Below, piece after piece: positions 1 to 12,544 of a stretch of 64,000 nt of DNA (its first letter is position 1; each line of letters starts with the position of its first letter). Under the pieces are notes generated by a model. That model worked only from the letters and a program-made list of their open reading frames with translations, did not search any database and was not told the origin of the DNA. The stretch is from an uncultured delta proteobacterium (lineage in GTDB: Bacteria > Myxococcota_A > Polyangia > Polyangiales > Houyiibacteriaceae). The DNA is taken from positions 224,001-288,000 of the forward strand of contig CAVOVB010000002.1 of NCBI GenBank assembly GCA_963699755.1, given 5' to 3'. The position numbers and the translations under genes were made by a program.

Positions 1-1
1 T

Positions 2-520
2 CAGTCGAAGATCAATGGAACGATCAGCGATATCCTGATCGCGCCGATCGGGGCGCTCGAGATGCTTCTCGCCTACGTGGGGGCAGCGATGATTCGAGCC
101 ATCATCGTGGGCTTGCTCGTGTATCTCGTCGCCCTCTCCTTCACCTGGTTCCCCGTGCACCACGTTGCTTGGACGCTCTTCTTCACCCTCTTCGTGACGG
201 CGACGCTCGCGCTCCTCGGCATGATCGCCGCGCTCTGGGCGCAGAAGTTTGATCACCTCGCGATCTTTCCGAACTTCGTGCTCCTACCCTTGGCCTTCCT
301 CGGAGGCGTCTTCTATTCGATCGATCTCCTCCCCGAACCCTGGAACACCGTCAGCCGTCTCAACCCACTGCTGTACATGGTCAACGGCCTTCGATATGGC
401 TTCCTCGGCGTGGCGGACGTTTCGCCCGTCACGAGCGCCGGAGTCGTGCTGCTTTCGTTCCTGGTGGCCCTCTGTGCTGCAGGCGCGCTTCTGCGCAGTG
501 GCTACAACCTACGCAGTTAG
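2..520 (+). CDS. ABC-2 type transporter permease (YadH-like), 5'-truncated by window edge
   Basis: Frame is open from base 2 (QSKINGTISDILIAP...). Multiple hydrophobic helices; ABC-2 C-terminal pattern PLAFLGGVFYSIDLLP...NPLLYMVNGLRYGFLG. Confidence 0.85.
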   Translation, partial: QSKINGTISDILIAPIGALEMLLAYVGAAMIRAIIVGLLVYLVALSFTWFPVHHVAWTLFFTLFVTATLALLGMIAALWAQKFDHLAIFPNFVLLPLAFLGGVFYSIDLLPEPWNTVSRLNPLLYMVNGLRYGFLGVADVSPVTSAGVVLLSFLVALCAAGALLRSGYNLRS

Positions 521-539
521 TCATCATGGGCAGGCAGGC

Positions 540-2138
540 ATGAGCAGGAGCACCTATTTCGCCAATCCCGAAGCGCGCGCCTTTCTTCAACGGCGCGTCG
601 CGATGTTCGGCCTCATCGGTGCCATCCTCGGCGCCACGGCCTTGGCCTTTCGTCTGCTCTTGGGCGTCCTGTTCGGAGTGTTGGAGGAACAGGTCACGAA
701 CCCCGGGTTCCTGATCCACGCCGCTGGTATCCTACCCCTCTTGGTGGTTTGGCTGATCTGCCGTCGCGGCAACCTCTCGGTCAGCATGATTCACGGCGTC
801 GAGAACACCGGCATCTTCCTCACCAGCGTTTGCTACATCGGCATGGGCATGGACATTCGACCCGAGGTCGGGGCCGACACGATCACCGCCTTCATTCTGG
901 CGCTCGTGATGTTTGCTCGCAGCGTATTCGTACCGAGCTCCGCCCGGCGAACCACGATCCTCGGCATCCTCATCGGAATTCCGCTCGTAGCGGCGATGTA
1001 CTACCACTACCTGAGCATCAACCTCGACATTTGGCGGGTGTTTGGGTACCCGGCACAGTCCGCCCAGCGCGTCGCGTCCGCGCAATCGGTGATCACGGTC
1101 ATGTGGTGGACACTCACCATCGGCCTCGCAGCCCTTGCTTCCCGCGTGATTCACCGATTGCGTAAAGAGGTGAGCGACATCCAAAGCCTCGGTCAATACA
1201 ATCTCCGCCGCAAGCTCGGAGAGGGCGCGATGGGCGTCGTCTATGAAGCGCAGCACGGTATGCTGAAACGGCCGACCGCCATCAAGCTGCTGCGGCCCGA
1301 GCTTGCCGACCCAGACGCCCTCGACCGCTTTCGTCGGGAGGTGCAGCTGACCGCAAAGCTCACCCACCCGAACACGGTCACCATCTACGACTACGGCCGG
1401 ACCCCCGATGGGCTCTTCTACTACGCAATGGAGCTGCTAGATGGGGCCACTCTCACGCAGGTGGTCAAAGCCGGAGGCCCGCAGCCAGTCGAGCGGGTCG
1501 TGCGCATTCTTCGCCACGCCGCACTCGCGCTCAACGAGGCGCACCAAGTTGGATTGATTCATCGTGATATCAAACCGAGCAACATCATGCTCGCGCATCA
1601 GGGCGGCGAGCCGGACGTGACCAAAGTACTCGATTTCGGCCTCGTGAAAAATCTCGGCAATGTCGATGACCTCGAGAAGACCAACACCATGTCGATCAAG
1701 GGGACCCCGCACTACCTGAGCCCCGAGGCGATCCAGGACCCACAGGGGATCGACGCTCGTACCGATCTCTATGCCCTGGGCGCGGTCGGCTACTACCTGC
1801 TCACTGGCCGCCACGTCTTCGAGGGCAAGACGATCATGGAAGTCTGCCTGCACCACATGCACACGAAGCCCACGCCGCTATCGGAAGCCTCACCGCTCGA
1901 GATCCCCACGGGGCTCGAGACCCTGATCATGGCTTGTCTCGAAAAAGACCAGGCGAACCGACCGGCCTCCGGCAAAGACCTGGCCGACGCCCTCGATCGC
2001 CTCGAAGTCCCACGCTGGACCCGCGCGCACGCCGAAGCCTGGTGGGATGCATTCGGCGAACGAATCGAACACCGCACCGAGCCGCTCACCGCAAGCCCCA
2101 CCGAGCAAACCGTCGCCGTAGACCTAGACGAACGCTGA
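540..2138 (+). CDS. Membrane-anchored Hanks-type Ser/Thr protein kinase (N-terminal multi-TM domain)
   Basis: Kinase motifs LGEGAMGVVY, AIK, HRDIKPSN, DFG, GTPHYLSPE, DLYALG. Start moved to ATG 540 just after the permease stop. Confidence 0.9.
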   Translation: MSRSTYFANPEARAFLQRRVAMFGLIGAILGATALAFRLLLGVLFGVLEEQVTNPGFLIHAAGILPLLVVWLICRRGNLSVSMIHGVENTGIFLTSVCYIGMGMDIRPEVGADTITAFILALVMFARSVFVPSSARRTTILGILIGIPLVAAMYYHYLSINLDIWRVFGYPAQSAQRVASAQSVITVMWWTLTIGLAALASRVIHRLRKEVSDIQSLGQYNLRRKLGEGAMGVVYEAQHGMLKRPTAIKLLRPELADPDALDRFRREVQLTAKLTHPNTVTIYDYGRTPDGLFYYAMELLDGATLTQVVKAGGPQPVERVVRILRHAALALNEAHQVGLIHRDIKPSNIMLAHQGGEPDVTKVLDFGLVKNLGNVDDLEKTNTMSIKGTPHYLSPEAIQDPQGIDARTDLYALGAVGYYLLTGRHVFEGKTIMEVCLHHMHTKPTPLSEASPLEIPTGLETLIMACLEKDQANRPASGKDLADALDRLEVPRWTRAHAEAWWDAFGERIEHRTEPLTASPTEQTVAVDLDER

Positions 2139-2313
2139 AAGGCACTCTCTCCAGCCCCTCGACCACCTGAAAGGCACAGGCTTCCGCGGCAAGGATCGCA
2201 GCGACGGTCACCCTCGTTGGGCGAAGATCCAGAGAACAGAATCGGAGCCACTGCGATCCCTCTCTGAGAAGGTGCGTGATTCCGTCGGGTTGTAGGACTA
2301 GAGACTGTCCCTC

Positions 2314-2342
2314 TTGACCGTGAGAGGGGTTGGCAGCACAAT
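2314..2342 (+). promoter_or_regulatory. Putative sigma70-type promoter of the ilv-leu operon
   Basis: TTGACC (2314-2319), 17-bp spacer, CACAAT (2337-2342), directly upstream of the leader ORF. Confidence 0.6.
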
Positions 2343-2351
2343 GGCGGAACG

Positions 2352-2471
2352 ATGGTTCGGTACCCGATGCATGCGACTGACTCCACCGGCCCGCTTCGCG
2401 CGGACTTGCTTGGCGGCGTCGTCGTTGTAGTCGGCCTCATTATCAGCCTCCTGCTAGTTACGCAGGCATAG
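2352..2471 (+). CDS. Branched-chain amino acid attenuator leader peptide (IlvL-like; alternative start ATG 2367)
   Basis: MVRYPMHATDSTGPLRADLLGGVVVVVGLIISLLLVTQA*: run of 5 Val plus Leu/Ile codons, followed by antiterminator and terminator. Too short for the ORF track. Confidence 0.85.
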   Translation: MVRYPMHATDSTGPLRADLLGGVVVVVGLIISLLLVTQA

Positions 2472-2523
2472 GCGGGGACCAGAACCAACCCACAGACCAA
2501 CCCACTCCGTTTCTGGCCCTCGC
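2472..2523 (+). promoter_or_regulatory. Antiterminator helix of the attenuator
   Basis: GCGGGGACCAGAA (2472-2484) pairs with TTCTGGCCCTCGC (2511-2523), 12/13 pairs including one G-U. It sequesters the left arm of the terminator. Confidence 0.8.
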
Positions 2524-2546
2524 ATCGAGCATGCGGGGGCTTTTTT
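2516..2546 (+). terminator. Attenuator intrinsic terminator
   Basis: GCCCTCGCAT-CGAGC-ATGCGGGGGC 10-bp stem (one G-U) followed by TTTTTT. Confidence 0.9.
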
Positions 2547-2635
2547 GTTGCCCTAGACCCATGAACACACACTCACAGCGTAAAACTACACAAAACCGCC
2601 AGGCGGCAGGCGCGCGGCGATTCGCCTCGCAGGCA

Positions 2636-2669
2636 GGCGCCCGGTCGGCGAGCGACCCGGCGCCTTTTT
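2636..2669 (+). terminator. Second terminator-like hairpin in the ilvB leader
   Basis: GGCGCC-C-GGTCG, loop GCGAG, CGACC-C-GGCGCC, then TTTTT. Confidence 0.5.
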
Positions 2670-2742
2670 CGTGGATTGCCCACCGCTTGAAGGACGCCTC
2701 AAATCAACTAGTTGGAGCCAGCCAGCAATGAAGGAGACCCTC

Positions 2743-4514
2743 GTGACACCCGCCAATCCCAAGCTGAAGAATCGCATCGGCGAAACGCTTTCCGGATCCC
2801 AAATCATCTGGGAAGCGCTCGTGCGCGAGGGGGTCGAGGTCTGCTTCGGGTATCCGGGCGGCGCGATCATGCCGGCGTATGACGCGATGGTCGAGTACCC
2901 GATCCATCACGTGCTCACTCGCCACGAGCAAGGGGCTTCGCATATGGCCGACGGCTACGCCCGTGCTTCGGGCAAAGTCGGCTGTTGCATCGCGACTTCC
3001 GGCCCAGGCGCGACCAACCTGGTGACCGGCATCGCGACAGCCATGCTCGACTCGATTCCGATGGTCTGCATCACCGGTCAGGTTCCGTCGCATCTCATCG
3101 GCAGCGACGCATTCCAAGAAACGGACATCACCGGCTGCACCATCCCGATCACAAAGCACAACTACCTGGTGACGAGGCCGGAGCAGATCGCTCCGACGAT
3201 TCGCGAAGCGTTCTACATCGCCCGCTCCGGCCGACCCGGGCCGGTCCTCGTCGACATTACCAAGGATGCCCAGCAGCAAAGCTGTGTATTCGAGTGGAGC
3301 GATGGAGAGATCGTGCTCCCCGGTTATCGCCCCGACTATGCGCCACTCGCGGATCAGATCGAGGATGCGGTCGAGCTCATCAGGACCGCCAAGCGGCCAA
3401 TCATCTTCGCCGGACACGGCGTCATGAAGGCAGAGGCTACCGAGGCGCTGGAGAATTTCGTCGAAAAGACCAACATTCCGGTGGCATGCACCCTGCTTGG
3501 CCTCGGCGGATTCCCTGCCACCCATCCCCGGAACCTCGGCATGATGGGGATGCACGGAGAGACCTGGGTCAACAAGGCGATTCAGGACGCGGACTTAATC
3601 ATCGCCGTCGGCATGCGCTTTGACGACCGCGTGACGGGCAATCTCAAGACCTACGCTCCGACCGCCAAGAAGATCCACATCGAGCTCGATCCGGCGGAGA
3701 TTAGCAAGAACGTCCACGCCGATGTCCCGATTGTCGGCGACGCTCGGGAGGTCCTCGAAGAGCTGATGCCGCACGTCGGCGACTGCGACCGCGCCGATTG
3801 GTTGGCCTACATCGACGAGATCAAAGGCGACTCTGCGGTCAGGGACATCAAGAACCTGCCCGATTTGGGCAAGCTCTATGCTGCCCACGTCATCCACGAC
3901 CTCTACCGCTTCACGGAGGGCAAGGCGCTCGTCGTCACCGACGTCGGCCAGCACCAAATGTGGGAAGCCCAGTACTACAAACACGATTACCCACGAAAGC
4001 TGCTCACCTCGGGAGGGCTTGGCACGATGGGCTTTGCGCTCCCTGCCGCCATCGGTGCGAAATTCGCCGAGCCCGGTGAGTCCGTCTGGGTCATCTGCGG
4101 CGACGGCGGCTTCCAGATGACACAGGCCGAGCTCTCGACCTGTGCCCAGGAGGGTATCAAGGTCAACGTCGCCATCATCAACAACGGCTTCCTCGGCATG
4201 GTGCGCCAGTGGCAGGAGTTCTTCTACGGCGGACGTTATGTGGCAACGCCGATGCTCAGCCCCGACTTCGTCAAGATCGCCGAGGCCCATGGCTTGACCG
4301 GCATCCGCGTCGAAAAGCGGTCCGAAGTGGAAGCGGCGGTTCGGAAGGCCGAAGCGACCAAGGGCACGGTGGTCATCGATTTCCGTGTCGAGCAGGAGGA
4401 CTCTGTATATCCGATGGTACCGGCTGGTGCGACTCTCGGCGACATGATCCAGCGGCCGAGCAAGCCCGGCACCCATGAACACAACCCGATCTTCGAGACA
4501 GGAGAGGACGAATA

Positions 4515-4515
<1 letters not shown>
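2743..4515 (+). CDS. ilvB: Acetolactate synthase large subunit (biosynthetic AHAS)
   Basis: FGYPGGAI, RHEQGA, TSGPGATN, GMRFDDRVTG, GDGGFQM...NN TPP motif. GTG 2743 follows AAGGAG; ATG 2728 is an alternative start. Confidence 0.95.
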
Positions 4516-6096
<1,581 letters not shown>

Positions 6097-6134
6097 TTTG
6101 GGCGTCGCTCGTAGCGACGTAGGGAGAATGAATC

Positions 6135-7772
6135 ATGCAACCCGATCATGTAAGGATCTTCGACACAACGCTCCGAGACGGGGAGCAATCACCCGGCGCG
6201 ACGATGACTTCGTCGGAAAAGCTTGAGGTGGCGAAGACCCTATCGCGACTCGGCGTCGATGTGATTGAAGCGGGTTTCGCCGCCGCTTCTCCCGACGATT
6301 TGCGTGCGGTCAAGAACATCGCCGAGGCGGTGGGCGTGACGGGCGTCGAAGGTCGCCCTGCCCAGGAGCCACCGACGATCTGCAGCCTGGCGCGGGCCCA
6401 CAAACCCGACATCGACAAGGCGGCCGAAGCAGTGTCGCCGGCCAAGCACGGCCGGATCCACACCTTCCTCGCGACATCGCCGATCCATCGCGAGCACAAG
6501 CTTCGGATGAGCCGGGACCAGGTGCTTGCGAAGATCAGCGAGATGGTCGCGTACGCGCGTAGCTTCTGTGAGGACGTGGAGTTCAGCCCGGAAGATGCCG
6601 GACGGACGGAAATGGACTTTCTCTACGAAGCTTTGCAGGCAGCCATCGAGGCCGGCGCAAGCACCCTGAACATCCCGGACACGGTTGGTTACACGATCCC
6701 AGAGGAGTTTGGCGGGCGCATAGCAATGCTTCGGGAGAACGTACCGGGGATCGAGAACGCCGTGATCAGCGTCCATTGCCACAACGACCTTGGCTTGGCC
6801 GTGGCCAACAGCTTGTCCGCGGTGCAGCACGGCGCCCGGCAGGTCGAGGTTGCCATCAACGGAATCGGCGAACGGGCGGGCAATGCGTCGCTCGAAGAAG
6901 TGGTCATGGCGCTTCGCGTTCGGCGTGATCTCTACGGTATTGAAACCCAGGTCGACACCACGCAGCTCACTCGAGCAAGCCGCCTGGTCAGCAAGGTAAC
7001 CGGCATGTTGGTGCAGCCAAACAAGGCCATCGTGGGTGCAAATGCCTTTGCCCACGAGGCTGGCATTCATCAGGACGGCATGCTCAAGCACCAAGAAACG
7101 TACGAGATCATGCGTCCCGAGACCGTGGGTGCGGGAAAGACGCAGCTCGTCCTCGGCAAGCATTCAGGTCGGCATGCCTTTGCGAATCGCTTGGTCGAGC
7201 TCGGCTATCCGGTGTCTGCCGATGGGCTCGACAAGGCGTTCGCCCGCTTCAAGAAGCTCGCAGACAAGAAGAAGCTCATCACCGACGCCGATTTGCTGGC
7301 GCTCGTGAGCGATGAGCTCTACCAGCCGAAGGAGTTCTGGCGGCTCGAGAAGATCCAGGTGAGCTGCGGCACTGGAATGCCCACCGCGACGGTTCGGCTC
7401 ACGGGACCCGACGGACAGACCACGACCGCGGCGGAGGTCGGAACCGGCCCCGTCGATGCGGTGTACAAGGCTATCCAGTCGCTGGTGCACGTGCCTGCGA
7501 CCTTGCTCGAATATAACGTTCAATCCGTCACCGAGGGCATCGACGCGCTCGGCGAGGTGAGCGTACGCGTGACGCCGCATGAGGACGACGCACCAAACGA
7601 GAAGATCAACCCGCAATACGAACACAGCCGGACGCGGGTCTTCCACGGCCACGGCGCCCACACCGACGTCATCGTCGCAAGCGCGAAGGCGTATCTGGCG
7701 GCGATCAACCGCATCCTCGCGGTCCGAGAAGCGAAGCAAACCGATAGCAAGGCGGCCGGGAGCGCTGCGTAA
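6135..7772 (+). CDS. leuA: 2-isopropylmalate synthase
   Basis: [41 protein letters not shown]-terminal regulatory domain with GTGPVDA. Confidence 0.95.
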   Translation: MQPDHVRIFDTTLRDGEQSPGATMTSSEKLEVAKTLSRLGVDVIEAGFAAASPDDLRAVKNIAEAVGVTGVEGRPAQEPPTICSLARAHKPDIDKAAEAVSPAKHGRIHTFLATSPIHREHKLRMSRDQVLAKISEMVAYARSFCEDVEFSPEDAGRTEMDFLYEALQAAIEAGASTLNIPDTVGYTIPEEFGGRIAMLRENVPGIENAVISVHCHNDLGLAVANSLSAVQHGARQVEVAINGIGERAGNASLEEVVMALRVRRDLYGIETQVDTTQLTRASRLVSKVTGMLVQPNKAIVGANAFAHEAGIHQDGMLKHQETYEIMRPETVGAGKTQLVLGKHSGRHAFANRLVELGYPVSADGLDKAFARFKKLADKKKLITDADLLALVSDELYQPKEFWRLEKIQVSCGTGMPTATVRLTGPDGQTTTAAEVGTGPVDAVYKAIQSLVHVPATLLEYNVQSVTEGIDALGEVSVRVTPHEDDAPNEKINPQYEHSRTRVFHGHGAHTDVIVASAKAYLAAINRILAVREAKQTDSKAAGSAA

Positions 7773-7780
7773 CGAGCATC

Positions 7781-9208
7781 ATGGAACCAAGAACACTATT
7801 TCAGAAGGTTTGGGACGAGCACGTCGTCGTTCAAGAGCCGAACAGGCCGGCGGTCCTCTACATCGACCTGCAGTTGATTCACGAGGTGACATCACCGCAG
7901 GCATTCACTGGTCTGCGCGAGCGCGGCCTCAAGGTGAGGCGTCCGGACAAGACCATTGCGACGATGGACCACTCGACGCCGACACTGCCCAAAGCGCTCT
8001 GGGTGATCGATGACCAGGCGAAGGCACAGCTCGGGCAGCTGGAGACCAACTGCAGAGAATTCGGGATCGAGCTCTACGCCCTGGGCGACAGCCGGAACGG
8101 GATTGTGCACGTCATTGGACCGGAGCGGGGCTTTACCCAGCCTGGCAAGACGATCGTCTGTGGCGACAGCCATACCTCGACACACGGAGCGTTCGGCGCA
8201 CTGGCGTTCGGCATCGGCACCAGCGAGGTCGAGCATGTTCTTGCGACACAGTGCCTCTTGCAGCGCAAGCCCAAGACCCTCGAAGTTCGGGTGGATGGCC
8301 AGCTGATGCCGGGCGTCACAGCGAAAGACATCATCCTAGCGCTCTGCGCGAAGATCGGGACGGACGGCGGCACCGGATACGTGATCGAGTTCACCGGCTC
8401 GGCCATCCGCGCGCTCGACATGGAAGGCCGAATGACGGTCTGTAACATGAGCATCGAGGCAGGCGCCCGCGCTGGCATGATCGCCCCCGACGAAACGACC
8501 TTCGACTATCTCAAGGGGCGGGACCGGGTGCCTCAGGGAGCCGACTGGGAGGCAGCTGTAGAGCGCTGGAGTCAGCTTCGCACCGATGACGGTGCTATCT
8601 TCGATAAGACGGTCGTCCTCGACGCGAACAAGCTCGAGCCGATGATCACCTACGGCACGAACCCGGGCATGGGCATGCAAATCAACGAGCCCGTGCCGAC
8701 CGCGGACGCGTTCGACGATGCCTCGCAGCGGGCGGCGTTTGAGAAGGCCCTGGGTTACATGGACCTCCCGCCAGGAGAGCCGCTGCTCGGCAAGAAGATC
8801 GACGTGGTGTTCATCGGTTCGTGCACGAACTCGCGAATCGGCGACCTGCGCATGGCCGCTGGCGTGTTCAGCGGTCGCAAGGTCGCGAACGGTGTGCGAA
8901 CGCTCGTCGTTCCCGGCTCGCACGACATCAAAAAGCAAGCCGAAGCTGAGGGTCTCGACCAGATCTTCAAGGAAGCGGGCGCCGAATGGCGCGAGCCAGG
9001 CTGCTCGATGTGCATTGCGATGAACGGTGACAATTTGGAACCGGGACAGTACGCGGTCAGCACTTCGAACCGCAACTTCGAAGGCCGACAAGGCAAGGGC
9101 GGTCGAACCTTCCTCGCGTCTCCTCTGACCGCAGCCGCGGCCGCCGTCACCGGTGAGGTCACAGACCCACGGAGCTTGCTCCTTTCTGGAAAGGCTGAGT
9201 CATGGTGA
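7781..9208 (+). CDS. leuC: 3-isopropylmalate dehydratase large subunit
   Basis: [51 protein letters not shown]. Confidence 0.97.
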   Translation: MEPRTLFQKVWDEHVVVQEPNRPAVLYIDLQLIHEVTSPQAFTGLRERGLKVRRPDKTIATMDHSTPTLPKALWVIDDQAKAQLGQLETNCREFGIELYALGDSRNGIVHVIGPERGFTQPGKTIVCGDSHTSTHGAFGALAFGIGTSEVEHVLATQCLLQRKPKTLEVRVDGQLMPGVTAKDIILALCAKIGTDGGTGYVIEFTGSAIRALDMEGRMTVCNMSIEAGARAGMIAPDETTFDYLKGRDRVPQGADWEAAVERWSQLRTDDGAIFDKTVVLDANKLEPMITYGTNPGMGMQINEPVPTADAFDDASQRAAFEKALGYMDLPPGEPLLGKKIDVVFIGSCTNSRIGDLRMAAGVFSGRKVANGVRTLVVPGSHDIKKQAEAEGLDQIFKEAGAEWREPGCSMCIAMNGDNLEPGQYAVSTSNRNFEGRQGKGGRTFLASPLTAAAAAVTGEVTDPRSLLLSGKAESW

Positions 9209-9789
9209 AATTCACCACATTGACCTCGCACGCGGTTCCTCTCCCCGAAGAGAACGTCGACACCGACCAGATCATCCCCGCTCGCTTTCTGAAGGTCACC
9301 GACAAGAACGGTCTAGGGGCCAGCCTCTTTTGCGACTGGCGCTACTTGAAGGACGGCTCGGACAACCCGGACTTTGTGCTCAACGAGCCGGCTTCGCAGG
9401 GCGCGCAAATTTTGATCGCCGGTAACAACTTCGGCAGTGGCTCTTCGCGCGAGCATGCGCCCTGGGCACTGGTCGGCTGGGGCTTCCGCGCGATCATATC
9501 CACGCGGTTTGCGGACATCTTCAAGAGCAACTCGCTAAAGAATGGTCTGCTCCCGGTCGAAGTGAGCCCCGAGGTTCACAAGGCGCTCATGGCGGCGGTT
9601 CAGCGCGACCGTTCGACGAAAATCACGATCGACCTTCCGACGCAGTCGGTAACCGGGCCCGACGGCCTAGAATCCACGTTCCCAATCGACGAGTTCTCCA
9701 AGCATTGCCTCCTCGAGGGCATCGATCAGCTTGGATATCTTCTTTCGTTCGACGACCAGATCACGAGCTATGAGCAACGACGGACGTAG
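9202..9789 (+). CDS. leuD: 3-isopropylmalate dehydratase small subunit
   Basis: [28 protein letters not shown]. Confidence 0.97.
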   Translation: MVKFTTLTSHAVPLPEENVDTDQIIPARFLKVTDKNGLGASLFCDWRYLKDGSDNPDFVLNEPASQGAQILIAGNNFGSGSSREHAPWALVGWGFRAIISTRFADIFKSNSLKNGLLPVEVSPEVHKALMAAVQRDRSTKITIDLPTQSVTGPDGLESTFPIDEFSKHCLLEGIDQLGYLLSFDDQITSYEQRRT

Positions 9790-11398
9790 GAGCGCAGGCC
9801 CAGTCGTGGAGGTCTACGATACCACTCTGCGGGATGGCACGCAGATGGAGGGCATGAGCCTGTCCTGCGACGACAAGGTGCGGATCGCGGAGCACTTGGA
9901 TTCACTCGGGGTTGCCTTCATCGAAGGCGGCTGGCCGGGCTCGAATCCAAAAGACGTCGAGTTCTTCGAGCGAGCCAAAGATGTCGCCTGGAAGCACGTG
10001 ACGATTGCTGCGTTTGGATCGACATGTCGGGCGCAGCTGCGGGCAGAGGACGACCCACAACTTCAGACCCTGATCGCCGCGCAGACGCCGGTCTGCACGA
10101 TCTTTGGGAAGACATGGAAGATGCACGTCACCGATGTGCTGCGGACCAGCCTCGAAGAGAACCTTCGCATGATCGAGGAGAGCGTGGCCTTTCTCGCGCA
10201 GAACGGGCGTCGAGTCGTCTACGACGCAGAACACTTCTTCGACGGCCACAAAGCCGACCCCGGATACGCGATCGAAACACTCCACGCGGCTGCACGCGGC
10301 GGCGCCGAAACACTGGTCCTCTGCGACACCAACGGCGGCTCGATGCCTTGGGAAGTCGAAGGAATGATCAAGGCCGTGCAGGAGGCTCTGCCTGAAGCTC
10401 GGCTCGGCATTCACGCGCACAACGATGGCGAGTGCGGCGTCGCCAATTCCGTTGCGGCCATTCGTGCAGGCGCCCGTCAGGTTCAGGGGACCATCAACGG
10501 CTATGGCGAGCGCTGCGGCAACGCCAACCTATGCTCGATCGTCCCAAATCTAGAGCTCAAGCTAGGCCTTCGGTGTCTGCCCGATGGCGGCCTCCAACAG
10601 CTTTACGACCTCTCACACTTCGTCGCGGAGATCGCCAACCTGAGTCCGAACGATCACGCAGCGTACGTTGGTCGGAGCGCCTTCGCTCACAAGGGCGGGG
10701 TCCACGTCTCGGCCATCAGACGTCATCCGGAATCCTACGAGCACGTCAATCCAACTCTCGTAGGCAACGAGTCGAGGGTCGTCGTGAGCGAGCTCTCTGG
10801 TCGCAGCAACGTCCTCAGCAAAGCCGAAGAGCTAGGGCTCGAAGTCAGCTCGGCCAGCGGCGGACGTGTGCTCGAGAAGATCAAGGAGCTCGAATCCAAG
10901 GGCTTTGCGTATGAGGCTGCTGAAGCCTCGGTCGCATTGCTGATGGCACGCCATCAAGAGGACTACGAAGCGCCCTTCGAGGTGCTCGATTTCCAAGCCG
11001 GTGTCGGGCGGCGTCGCGGCGGCGGCATGTTCGCGGAAGCGACGGTGAAGGTTCAGATCGGCGATGAGATCGTTCACACCGCGGGCGAAGGCAATGGCCC
11101 CGTGAGCGCTCTCGACTCCGCTCTCCGCAAGGCCTTGCGACCGTTCTTCCCCGAGGTCGCGGACATGCACCTCACTGACTACAAGGTCCGCATCCTCGAC
11201 GGTCGAAGCGGCACTGGCGCGACCACTAGAGTCCTCATCGACAGCCAGTCGTCCTATGACAGCTGGAGCACCGTCGGTGCCTCGAGCAACATCATCGAGG
11301 CATCGCTCCAGGCATTGGTCGACAGCATCGAGTACGGGCTGTCATTGGAACGCAAGAGGATCCAAAGGCAACCGGAAGCAACCGCTGCAAGGACTTAG
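9770..11398 (+). CDS. cimA: Citramalate synthase
   Basis: YDTTLRDGTQMEG, EGGWPGSNPKD, YDAEHFFDG, LCDTNGG, FAHKGGVH, DYKVRIL: bacterial CimA pattern. Start uncertain. Confidence 0.9.
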   Translation: MSNDGRRSAGPVVEVYDTTLRDGTQMEGMSLSCDDKVRIAEHLDSLGVAFIEGGWPGSNPKDVEFFERAKDVAWKHVTIAAFGSTCRAQLRAEDDPQLQTLIAAQTPVCTIFGKTWKMHVTDVLRTSLEENLRMIEESVAFLAQNGRRVVYDAEHFFDGHKADPGYAIETLHAAARGGAETLVLCDTNGGSMPWEVEGMIKAVQEALPEARLGIHAHNDGECGVANSVAAIRAGARQVQGTINGYGERCGNANLCSIVPNLELKLGLRCLPDGGLQQLYDLSHFVAEIANLSPNDHAAYVGRSAFAHKGGVHVSAIRRHPESYEHVNPTLVGNESRVVVSELSGRSNVLSKAEELGLEVSSASGGRVLEKIKELESKGFAYEAAEASVALLMARHQEDYEAPFEVLDFQAGVGRRRGGGMFAEATVKVQIGDEIVHTAGEGNGPVSALDSALRKALRPFFPEVADMHLTDYKVRILDGRSGTGATTRVLIDSQSSYDSWSTVGASSNIIEASLQALVDSIEYGLSLERKRIQRQPEATAART

Positions 11399-11454
11399 CC
11401 ATTGCCCTAGGGACGCGCGCCGGGCATCATGGCCGGCCGCACAGGTAACAGGAC

Positions 11455-12531
11455 ATGAAAGCCAAGATCACACTGCTCCCCGGCGACGGCATCGGCCCCG
11501 AAATCGTGGACGCGACCCGACAAGTGCTCGAAGCCGTCGCGAGCAAATGGGGCCACACGTTCACGTATTCGACGCACTTGATCGGCGGCATCGCCATCGA
11601 CGAAACCGGAGTGCCGCTGCCGGACGACACCATCGTGGGCTGCCGAAGCGCGGACGCCGTATTGCTCGGAGCCGTCGGAGGTCCGAAGTGGGACGATCCC
11701 ACCGCCATAGTTCGACCCGAGCAAGGCCTTCTAGGAATGCGAAAAGCGCTGAAGCTGTTCGCGAACGTCCGCCCTGTGAAGCTCTTCCGCGGCCTCGAAG
11801 CGGCCTCCCCTCTCAAGGCAGAGCGGCTACGTGGTGTCGACCTTGTGTTTATTCGGGAGCTGACCGGCGGCATCTACTTCGGTCAGCCAAAGGGCAAGGA
11901 GACCAGGAACGGTCTCCGTACCGGCTTCGACACCATGGTCTACGACGAAAGCGAGATCCGCCGCATCGTGGAGCTAGCCTTCGAAGTTGCCCGGAAGCGT
12001 CGCGGCCACGTGACCTCCATCGACAAGGCGAACGTGCTCGCCACCATGCAGGTTTGGCGCGAAGTTGCGACCGAAGTGGGCAAAGAGAACCCCGACATCC
12101 GCCTCGACCACCAACTCGTCGACTCGGCGGCGATGCGACTGGTCACGGACCCTTCTTCGTTCGACGTCATCGTGAGCGGCAACATGTTCGGTGACATTCT
12201 CTCTGATGAGGGAGCCGTGTTGACCGGCTCGCTCGGGCTGCTGCCGAGCGCATCGCTCGGTGAGGGAACACTGGGGGTGTATGAACCAATCCACGGCTCC
12301 GCGCCGGACATCGCGGGCAAGGGGATCGCGAACCCGTTGGGTACGATCTTGAGCGCTGCGATGCTGCTTCGCCATAGCCTCAACCTCGATGAAGAGGCGA
12401 GAGCAATTGAAGACGCCGTCCAGAAGGTCCTCGACAGCGGCCTGAGAACCGCGGATTTGAGCGGCGGACAACGTTCGCTCGGGACGACCGCGATGGCGGG
12501 CGCCGTTGTAGCCGCCATCGAAGGCGCCTAA
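11455..12531 (+). CDS. leuB: 3-isopropylmalate dehydrogenase
   Basis: LPGDGIGPEI, GAVGGPKW, RELTGGIYFG, NMFGDILSD, EPIHGSAPDIAGK. Confidence 0.97.
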   Translation: MKAKITLLPGDGIGPEIVDATRQVLEAVASKWGHTFTYSTHLIGGIAIDETGVPLPDDTIVGCRSADAVLLGAVGGPKWDDPTAIVRPEQGLLGMRKALKLFANVRPVKLFRGLEAASPLKAERLRGVDLVFIRELTGGIYFGQPKGKETRNGLRTGFDTMVYDESEIRRIVELAFEVARKRRGHVTSIDKANVLATMQVWREVATEVGKENPDIRLDHQLVDSAAMRLVTDPSSFDVIVSGNMFGDILSDEGAVLTGSLGLLPSASLGEGTLGVYEPIHGSAPDIAGKGIANPLGTILSAAMLLRHSLNLDEEARAIEDAVQKVLDSGLRTADLSGGQRSLGTTAMAGAVVAAIEGA

Positions 12532-12544
12532 CGAAAGGAACGCC

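Noticed and set aside
2135..2190. Glycine-riboswitch-like words (CTTTCAGG, CTGGAGAG) on the minus strand
   Set aside because: The CCGAAG core is missing, and there is no downstream minus-strand gene to regulate.
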